Below are positions 26,464 to 32,861 of a stretch of 32,861 bases of DNA, one piece after another. Origin of the DNA: an uncultured Tepidisphaeraceae bacterium (GTDB lineage Bacteria > Planctomycetota > Phycisphaerae > Tepidisphaerales > Tepidisphaeraceae); NCBI GenBank assembly GCA_964606625.1, contig CAZSJB010000001.1, positions 1 to 32,861 on the forward strand, given 5' to 3'. The translations under genes were made by a program, and so were the position numbers. Positions within the stretch are counted from its first letter, which is position 1. Every line of letters begins with the position of its first letter. The notes under the pieces are model-generated. The model worked only from the letters and a program-made list of their open reading frames with translations. It searched no databases and was not told where the DNA came from.

Positions 26464-28926
26464 GTGATCCGCTCCATGTTTTCTCAACATGCCTTCTGCC
26501 TGATTCTCAGCCTCCTGCTGGGGGGCTTGGGTGGGGTTGTTGCTCTTGCTCAACCCACCACCCAGCCATCATCCCAGCCTGATACCCAGCCGACAGATCC
26601 TTGGCGGGCGGAACTCGATGCCCTTGATCAGCCCATTGATCTGCCCTCGCCGCGCGTCGCCGATTCCCACAGCTTCACCCGCCACATCAGTGCGGATGTG
26701 CCTCGGTCGCTGATCACCCTCAACGCAATCCACTTGCCCAATGGCCGCAGCAACGGATTTAGCGCTGATTTTGATGGCTCAGCTGGAGAATACGCGGCAT
26801 ACCTGATGAGCCTTCCCATCGACCAACTGTTCGAATGCACCGATGATCAAAGAGCTGTCGAACTCGCATCCCGCCTTGCGGGCGGCAAGATGCGGTTTGG
26901 GGCATCACGAGTGGTTCCTGAGATACCGGACCTGTCTCTCCTTCCCGACTGGCTACTCCCCCTGCCCAAGCCCGATTTCCGGGCTGTGGTCGCGCGGGAG
27001 TTCCAGCTCACTGCCCAGCGGCTTGATGATGCCGGCAATTTCTCCGGAATTGTGGTCGTTAATGCCGATCGCGAAGCCTGTGTCTCCCTTTCCGATCGTC
27101 TGCGCGATATCGCGCCTCACTGGATTATTACTCCCGGGGATTTTGACGGGTCCACGCTTCAGCTTTCCGGTGAAAGTCTGTTCAGCCATCTGGCGGTCCA
27201 GCAGGTGCATGACTGGAACGGTCACCGATTTGAAATGCCGCTGTGGGGCGTCTCCCTGATCGACCGCCTGCGCAGCTATCACCCGCATAAGCAAACTTGG
27301 GCGATCATCGACAACCATGAACACAAGCTCAGCCGAGAAGTGCTGCATCGCGCCTACGCGATGGCATTAACCCGCGGGATCGACGCCATCGGCATCAACT
27401 GGCTGCCACTGCCGGGCGATGGGGAGGCCGCCAAACGGGTTACCGACCTCCAGGAGATTCATCAATGGACACATCGCCTCGGCGGTGTTTACGGCATCAC
27501 CGAGCCGATTCCATCAGTCGGAATCCTCTATGTGCATCAGCAGGCCCTGCGCAAACCCCAGCATTTGGGCATGACGTACGAGGCGATGGCGCTCTGTCAT
27601 GCGGCGGGCTTCCCCTCGCGCATCATTACCCCGGAGGAGCTCAGACGCGGCTTGCCCGAAGCGATGAAAGCGGTGCTGCTGGTCGGGCTGGATCGCGTTG
27701 AGGAGGAGTGGGTCTGGTTTCATGACCTGGAAGACTCCTTGCGGGCTTATGCCGATCGCGGTGGACGGTTTGTGATTGATGAACCATCGGTGGCGCCGGT
27801 TCCCGCGATCAAGCCGGGCTTGACCATGCACGCTTGGTTTGAGCAACCTGTTCCCGATGCCCTGCAGAGGTTGCTTGAGCGCAATCAAAAGAACATCAGC
27901 CATCTTCGCGAAGCCCTTGCAGATATTGCACGACCAATCGCCTACAGCGACGACCCGTTGCTTTGGGTCATTCCCACGCTCGCAGGCAACGTGGAATATG
28001 TGACAGTGGTAAATGCCCAGACAGAGGCAGGGGAGGACGGCAGGCAAATCGTTCCTCCGCGTACCAGCCAGATCGAGTGGACTTCGTCTCGTCCCGTCTA
28101 CGATGTGCGCACGCGCCGCAAGCTCTCGGCTGAGGAAGCCCGTACCGTTGATCTGACCACGGAACCATTTCGGCTGTATGCGCTTCCTCCCGTCGAGCCG
28201 CCATCGCCGTCCATCCATGTCGAAGTGGATGAAAAGGGGTGCTTCATTGCCCGCGTCACCAGTGGCGAAGTGCAGGGGCTGCCCATTGAAGTCACGATCT
28301 CACGCCAAGGATTGTCTGAGACGATCTACCGTGTTACCGGGGAATCGTTCCGCTTGCCGCTGCAGATCTATGATGAACCCGGGGAATACGACATCGCGGT
28401 GACGGAACTGGTGACGGGGCAAAGTGAAAATACCCGCGTGGTGGTTCCAGCCAATGCGCCGCCTCCGCCGGCAGCAGGCCCCGGCCACCTGTCCTACTTT
28501 GCCGGACGTAAGTCGGAACCGCTGGTGATAGCGCTGACCGATGCTCAACTGGAGGACGCCGAGATTGTCCATCTTGCCGCGCGACTGGCAGCTCATTTCC
28601 GCTCCCTGGGCCGAGCGGTGAGCGTTGCACCGATATCACCCCATGCGGAAAACGGGGTGGTATTGTCCTCCCAACCAGCCAGAACCACTGCTCGCCCGCG
28701 TTGGCAGACGCGTAGCGTGGACCTGGTCCTGCTCGGGACCCCGCGCGATAATGTCCTGATCCGTGATCAGGCGTTGGGCCGTCTATTACCCCCAGCCGTT
28801 CAGGCTCCCGAATTGCGGGTCACCTGGTCGCCATTTGCGCCCGACCGGCACGTACTGAATCTGCTTGGTGATGGTACGGCGGCGCTGACCGTGTTGGTGG
28901 AGCAGGTCGAGCGTGAGGTGCGCTGA
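26464..28926 (+). CDS. Large secreted protein of unknown function (820 aa)
   Basis: A GTG start lies 4 nt after AGGAGG (26454-26459). The signal peptide is FCLILSLLLGGLGGVVALAQP, followed by a (T/S)QP linker. The middle segment SVGILYVH...AVLLVGLDRVEEEWVWFHDLEDSLRAYADRGGRFVID is reminiscent of the GATase1-like middle domain of GH42 enzymes, by eye only. Confidence 0.75.
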   Translation: MIRSMFSQHAFCLILSLLLGGLGGVVALAQPTTQPSSQPDTQPTDPWRAELDALDQPIDLPSPRVADSHSFTRHISADVPRSLITLNAIHLPNGRSNGFSADFDGSAGEYAAYLMSLPIDQLFECTDDQRAVELASRLAGGKMRFGASRVVPEIPDLSLLPDWLLPLPKPDFRAVVAREFQLTAQRLDDAGNFSGIVVVNADREACVSLSDRLRDIAPHWIITPGDFDGSTLQLSGESLFSHLAVQQVHDWNGHRFEMPLWGVSLIDRLRSYHPHKQTWAIIDNHEHKLSREVLHRAYAMALTRGIDAIGINWLPLPGDGEAAKRVTDLQEIHQWTHRLGGVYGITEPIPSVGILYVHQQALRKPQHLGMTYEAMALCHAAGFPSRIITPEELRRGLPEAMKAVLLVGLDRVEEEWVWFHDLEDSLRAYADRGGRFVIDEPSVAPVPAIKPGLTMHAWFEQPVPDALQRLLERNQKNISHLREALADIARPIAYSDDPLLWVIPTLAGNVEYVTVVNAQTEAGEDGRQIVPPRTSQIEWTSSRPVYDVRTRRKLSAEEARTVDLTTEPFRLYALPPVEPPSPSIHVEVDEKGCFIARVTSGEVQGLPIEVTISRQGLSETIYRVTGESFRLPLQIYDEPGEYDIAVTELVTGQSENTRVVVPANAPPPPAAGPGHLSYFAGRKSEPLVIALTDAQLEDAEIVHLAARLAAHFRSLGRAVSVAPISPHAENGVVLSSQPARTTARPRWQTRSVDLVLLGTPRDNVLIRDQALGRLLPPAVQAPELRVTWSPFAPDRHVLNLLGDGTAALTVLVEQVEREVR

Positions 28927-28998
28927 ATTCTTTCCTGGGGTCCTCCGATCCGCTGTCAGCAACATTTTTTCATTGACAATTGCCTTTGGGCTTGCGAA

Positions 28999-29049
28999 CC
29001 TCCTAAGCTTCACTCGCTGAGATGAAAGCGAGTCACCGGAGGCATTTTT
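28999..29049 (+). terminator. Candidate terminator-like compound hairpin followed by T5
   Basis: The outer stem pairs CCTCC (28999-29003) with GGAGG (29038-29042). The inner stem pairs ACTCGCT (29012-29018) with AGCGAGT (29027-29033). Then come 'ca' and TTTTT (29045-29049). It lies 73 nt after the stop of the 820-aa gene and is non-canonical because of an internal loop. Confidence 0.3.
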
Positions 29050-29196
29050 CGCATGCAGATCGCGTTTCACATGTCACTGTCCAAGACGGGTTGCGCCTGG
29101 GGCGCGTCTGCTGCCCACCCCTGGATGGGGAGGATGCCGCGTGGACGGAGGTTGGAAAAGATATAAATCCAGTCTTCGAAATCAGTTAACGATTCC

Positions 29197-29229
29197 ACCA
29201 CGCGGCTCAGCGAACCGCGTGGTTTTTTT
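29197..29229 (+). terminator. Canonical intrinsic terminator located inside the leader of the ABC exporter gene (attenuator)
   Basis: ACCACGCGG (29197-29205) pairs with CCGCGTGGT (29215-29223) across the 9-nt loop ctcagcgaa. The stem runs directly into T7 (29223-29229), 48 nt upstream of the GTG at 29278. Confidence 0.7.
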
Positions 29230-29277
29230 AATGGTTTTAGCGTTTGTCGCCGCGGTGCTGAAGCGCCGGAGGAACCC

Positions 29278-31560
29278 GTGCCTGCAGCGATTGAATTAAC
29301 CGAGGAACAGGAATTCCACACCACCTTGCCGGAGAGCCTGCGTCTTCGGCTGGACGGCCAACTCAAGGGAGATCAAATCGTCGCCTGGTCACAGTTTGAT
29401 CTCGATGAATCAGGTCGATATGCCGAGCAGTTTGCCATACTCACCGAGGAGGCATTGTGGATCTGGCGAGACCAGGCCCCAGGCGGGCATCAGATCATTC
29501 TCGCGGAATTGACCCAAGCCAGGATTGTTGAGGGGTTGGGCGCCGATACCCTGCGGCTGATCGACAGCGATAAGCTGGTCGCTCAGATCCGTTATTCGCG
29601 TCGGTTCAGGCGGTCCATGACGCGCCTGCATCGCAAGCTCGAACGCCGTTTGCCCCGGACAAACGGCGAGCCGCCACCGGATTGGCTGGAGGTGGTTGAA
29701 CGCAAAGCCGAGCAGAATGAGTTCTGCCCCAAGTGCCACACGCCTATTCCCGCGTATGCCGATGGGGTCTGTCCTAAATGCCTGGCCAATCGGCAGATCC
29801 TCTGGCGGCTGTTGGATGTAGCCAAACCCTATCGCCCGCGAATTTACGGCGCACTGGGCCTGACGCTGCTGTTTTCGGGGATTGCGGTCCTGCCGCCGAT
29901 CTTCCAGAAGCGGCTGATCGACAATGCGCTGGTCAGCGATGCGCCTGTCGATCAGCGGCTGAGCTCGCTGGCGCTGTGGGCCAGCCTGGCGGTTGCAGCC
30001 ATTTTGCTGATGCACACCGTTGGTGGACTTCGGTTGCGCATGCTGACGTTCCTGGGGACGCAGGTCGCCCGTGATCTGCGACACAAGGTTTACTCGCACA
30101 TGCACAGCCTCTCTCTGCGGTTTTTTGGCAAGCGCCGCACCGGCAGCCTCATCACCCGCGTAACCAACGATACGGACCGTTTGTGGGACTTCATCGTCTT
30201 CGGGTCGGTCAACCTGGTGCGCGATGTGATCATGATTGTGGTCTTTGCCGGCGTGATGTTCTGGTTCAATTGGAGGCTGGCGATGGTGGCACTGTTGCCC
30301 GTGCCACTGCTGGGCGTGATCACTTACTACCGCAGCATCCGGATGCAGAAGATGTTCAGCCGGCTGTGGACGTACTGGTCGCGCATGACCGCTGTGGTCG
30401 GCGATGCCTTACCGGGTGTACGCGTGGTTAAGGCATTTGCCAATGAGAATCGCGAAATCGATCGCTTCGACCGCCGTAGCGATGAATACACCCAGCGCGA
30501 GCATGAAGTGAACGCCGTCTGGGCGACGCTTCAGCCGTTGATCGGCGGGATGATGGCCATCGGTCGTATCCTGGTCTGGATCGTGGGTGGGTATCTGCTG
30601 ATCCGCCATCCATCCCCGGAAACAACCTTTGGCACGCTGGTGATGTTTACTGCGTTCGTGAACGGGTTCTACGAGCCGATCATGGAACTGGCCAACTCCA
30701 ACCGGATGGTCACGCGGGCTGCCAGCTCGGCGCAGCGTGTTTTTGAGGTACTCGACACACCCCCGGACATTCACAATCGGTCCGACGCGATCTCGCCGGA
30801 TCAGATCGTCGGTCGTGTGGAGTTCCGCCAGGTCTCGTTCAGCTATGAAGGGGCCCAGCCGGCGCTGCGCGAGGTGTCGCTGGTGGTCGAACCAGGTGAG
30901 ATGATCGGTCTGTGCGGTCCGTCAGGCGCCGGCAAGAGCACGTTCGTGAACCTGATCAGCCGGTTTTTCGATGTGACAGACGGTCAGATCCTGATCGACG
31001 GGATCGATATACGCGATTACGACGTTCAGTGGCTGCGCCGGCAGATTGGCGTGGTATTGCAGGAGCCGTACCTGTTTCATGGCACGATTTCCGACAACAT
31101 CCGCTACGGCAAACCCGACGCCACCGATGCCGAAGTGATTGCCGCCGCCCGCGCTGCCAATGCGCACGACTTCATCGTCGGATTCCCCGACGGTTACGAC
31201 ACGATGGTCGGTGAGCGCGGCCAGTCGCTGTCCGGCGGCGAGCGTCAGCGTATCAGCATTGCCCGGGCGATTCTGCATAACCCGCGGATCCTGATCCTCG
31301 ACGAAGCGACCAGCAGCGTTGACACCGAAACCGAGAAGCAGATCCAGCAGGCGCTGGACCGGCTGGTGCAGGGACGTACGACATTTGCCATCGCTCATCG
31401 CCTCAGCACGCTGCGGGCGGCGGACCGGCTGGTCGTGCTCGAGAAGGGTCGCATCGTGGAGATGGGGGTGCATGATGAACTGGTCAATCGCAAGGGCGGC
31501 GTTTATGCCAAGCTGCACCAGACACAGGTTGAACTTAATGAATTGGTTGCAATTCGCTGA
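29278..31560 (+). CDS. ABC exporter, fused permease/ATPase (MsbA-like type I exporter) with a 170-aa N-terminal cytoplasmic extension (PH-like region + CxxC-x11-CxxC zinc ribbon)
   Basis: The GTG start lies 5 nt after GGAGG (29268-29272). The canonical exporter begins near aa 172 (ILWRLLDVAKPYRPRIYGAL). Motifs are Walker A GPSGAGKST, signature LSGGERQRISIARA, Walker B ILILDEATSSVD and H-loop AHRLST. The zinc ribbon is CPKCHTPIPAYADGVCPKC at aa 150-168. Confidence 0.9.
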   Translation: MPAAIELTEEQEFHTTLPESLRLRLDGQLKGDQIVAWSQFDLDESGRYAEQFAILTEEALWIWRDQAPGGHQIILAELTQARIVEGLGADTLRLIDSDKLVAQIRYSRRFRRSMTRLHRKLERRLPRTNGEPPPDWLEVVERKAEQNEFCPKCHTPIPAYADGVCPKCLANRQILWRLLDVAKPYRPRIYGALGLTLLFSGIAVLPPIFQKRLIDNALVSDAPVDQRLSSLALWASLAVAAILLMHTVGGLRLRMLTFLGTQVARDLRHKVYSHMHSLSLRFFGKRRTGSLITRVTNDTDRLWDFIVFGSVNLVRDVIMIVVFAGVMFWFNWRLAMVALLPVPLLGVITYYRSIRMQKMFSRLWTYWSRMTAVVGDALPGVRVVKAFANENREIDRFDRRSDEYTQREHEVNAVWATLQPLIGGMMAIGRILVWIVGGYLLIRHPSPETTFGTLVMFTAFVNGFYEPIMELANSNRMVTRAASSAQRVFEVLDTPPDIHNRSDAISPDQIVGRVEFRQVSFSYEGAQPALREVSLVVEPGEMIGLCGPSGAGKSTFVNLISRFFDVTDGQILIDGIDIRDYDVQWLRRQIGVVLQEPYLFHGTISDNIRYGKPDATDAEVIAAARAANAHDFIVGFPDGYDTMVGERGQSLSGGERQRISIARAILHNPRILILDEATSSVDTETEKQIQQALDRLVQGRTTFAIAHRLSTLRAADRLVVLEKGRIVEMGVHDELVNRKGGVYAKLHQTQVELNELVAIR

Positions 31561-31672
31561 AACCTGCCTTGTGCGGATGGATGAGAATTGAAGAGGCAAC
31601 CATCGCCTTCTGTACCGAAAGTGTTGTGCGATGAAGTGCATGGAAGCGACGGGAATTGGAAGGAGTTCTGTC

Positions 31673-32092
31673 ATGAATGCACAGGCTGACGAGGTGGGGG
31701 GAGGCACTTTACCTGCCCGGGTGGAGTGGATTGACACCACTCACGAGCGATGGCCGCAGGTGCTCGAAATGATCGACCGCATTGGAATGCGTGGTTCATT
31801 GGGAATCGAACCGGACTGGGTTCCGGCACGACGGGTCCTGCTGGTTGCGTTTGTGGGGGATCGTGCAGCCGGTCATCTTTCGTTTCGTCTTGAACCGGTG
31901 GTGGAGCGCGCGTCTGCGCAGCGGCGATTGCGCATCGAAGCGTATGTGGACGGATATGCCGTTGAAGAGGGTTACGATCACGCACAGATCTACAACCAAC
32001 TTGAAGCGGCTGCCCGAAAGCAGGCCAGTCATCTGCGCGCTCAGGCTTTTCATACTGGCAATGGCATGAATGCGCAACGGCTAACCCGATGA
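31673..32092 (+). CDS. Small hypothetical protein, GNAT-fold-like but lacking the acetyl-CoA pyrophosphate-binding motif
   Basis: The start is chosen at ATG 31673, 7 nt after GGAAGGAG (139 aa). VLLVAFVGDRAAGHLSFRL...LRIEAYVDGYAVEEGYDHAQIYNQLEAAARKQA looks like GNAT beta3-beta4-alpha3, with EGYDHA in place of Q/RxxGxG/A. The call is tentative. Confidence 0.5.
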   Translation: MNAQADEVGGGTLPARVEWIDTTHERWPQVLEMIDRIGMRGSLGIEPDWVPARRVLLVAFVGDRAAGHLSFRLEPVVERASAQRRLRIEAYVDGYAVEEGYDHAQIYNQLEAAARKQASHLRAQAFHTGNGMNAQRLTR

Positions 32093-32105
32093 ACCAGGTG
32101 GTCTC

Positions 32106-32570
32106 ATGGATGCGTTTGAACTCATAAAAGACGCCCAGAACCGGTTGATTCTCCGTCGACCCGGTCAGCCGGATGTCGTTGATGTGCTGGTCCGGCGGGC
32201 GTTTCCCTGGTCCAATCCGCAGGAGCATATCAGCATCCGCTCGCCTGAGGGTCGGGAACTGGTGATGGTCGAACATCTCAGCCGGGTACCCAGTCCCACA
32301 CGCGAGCTGATCGAGCAGGCGCTGAGCAGCAGTATCTTTGTGCCCAGGATTCAGCGTGTTTATGGGGTTGATGTCAGCTTCGGATACCAGCGATGGCGCG
32401 TCCAGACGGATCGTGGCGAAACCGAGTTTCGTGTGCAGGAAAGAGAGGATATCCGCTTCTTGCCCGATGGCCGATTCAGCATCCGGGATGCCGATGGCAA
32501 TGTCTATGAAATGCCTCGTATTGAAGAGCTCGATGAAGCGTCGCGCCGGGCGGTTGAACCAGTCCTGTGA
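32106..32570 (+). CDS. DUF1854 domain-containing protein
   Basis: 154 aa. The pattern VRRAFPWSNPQEHISIRSPEGRELVMVEHLSRV..PTRELIEQALSSSIFVPRIQRVYGV....GYQRWRVQTDRGETEFRVQEREDIRFLPDGRFSIRDADGNVYEMPRIEELDEASRRAVE matches my memory of the DUF1854 family (RAFP, F.P.I, W.V.TDRG, LD..S). The gene starts 13 nt after the preceding gene. Confidence 0.7.
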   Translation: MDAFELIKDAQNRLILRRPGQPDVVDVLVRRAFPWSNPQEHISIRSPEGRELVMVEHLSRVPSPTRELIEQALSSSIFVPRIQRVYGVDVSFGYQRWRVQTDRGETEFRVQEREDIRFLPDGRFSIRDADGNVYEMPRIEELDEASRRAVEPVL

Positions 32571-32686
32571 TTTCCACTGGTTTGGCAAACTTTCCGCACA
32601 TACAGTTGTCTAAGGAGACTGGTGGGCCTGGGGCTGGAAAGCCCGTCCGATTTGCGTTCAATGCCCCCGGCGGCGGAGAGGCGTCA

Positions 32687-32861
32687 ATGAGAATTGCACT
32701 CTGGATCATGGTTGGAATGGCTGCCGTGCCTCTGGTAGTCGCAGCAGATGTCATTCATCTTAAGGATGGACAAGTACTGGAGGGGGAGATCAAGCGCAGC
32801 GAGGGCGGCTGGCGCGTGACACTGGATAATGGGGCGACCGTTGAAATTGGGGAAGGGGAGA
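32687..32861 (+). CDS. Secreted hypothetical protein, N-terminal fragment (runs off the window end)
   Basis: Not in the track because no stop lies in the window. An ATG at 32687 follows GGAGAGG. My translation is MRIALWIMVGMAAVPLVVAADVIHLKDGQVLEGEIKRSEGGWRVTLDNGATVEIGEGE, with a clear signal peptide. Confidence 0.45.
   Translation, partial: MRIALWIMVGMAAVPLVVAADVIHLKDGQVLEGEIKRSEGGWRVTLDNGATVEIGEGE

Noticed and set aside
28973-28978. TTGACA hexamer downstream of the 820-aa gene as a promoter for the ABC leader
   Set aside because: No acceptable -10 lies at 16-19 nt spacing. The sequence there is GAACCT, and the nearest TAnnnT (TAAGCT) is about 26 nt away.
31671-32588. 305-aa minus-strand ORF; also 30922..31740 (272 aa) and 29410..30105 (231 aa)
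   Set aside because: They are antisense to the ABC exporter, GNAT-like and DUF1854 genes. They have no motifs, whereas the sense-strand genes have ribosome-binding sites and family signatures.

Overview
GC-rich (about 60% by eye), gene-dense chromosomal segment. I support about 29 protein-coding genes on both strands. I found no rRNA, tRNA, CRISPR array, transposase or integrase. Most genes are unlinked housekeeping or metabolic functions: cinA, msrA, hrpB, ino1, aroK, a gabD-like ALDH, NifU-like, SDR, PEBP, GNATs and a SAM methyltransferase. They are interspersed with membrane, secreted and unknown-function proteins. The gene set (tandem DUF4159 protein, AraR-type GntR/LacI-sensor regulator, oligogalacturonate-lyase-like propeller, large signal-peptide proteins) suggests Planctomycetota/PVC, but this taxonomy is inference only. 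Many long ORFs in the supplied track are antisense shadows typical of GC-rich DNA, and several real genes have spurious N-terminal ORF extensions. I re-assigned those starts using homology-expected N-termini and Shine-Dalgarno motifs. The best candidate for an uncharacterised system is at the 3' end (29.05-32.57 kb). It comprises a leader with a terminator/anti-terminator pair and a 37-codon ORF. This is followed by an MsbA-like ABC exporter with a 170-aa N-terminal PH-like plus zinc-ribbon module, a degenerate GNAT-like small protein and a DUF1854 protein. The second candidate is a near-consensus promoter driving a ~310-nt leader with phased CGAACCCAAA repeats upstream of the aldehyde dehydrogenase. 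All domain calls rest on motif recognition by eye; no searches were run.
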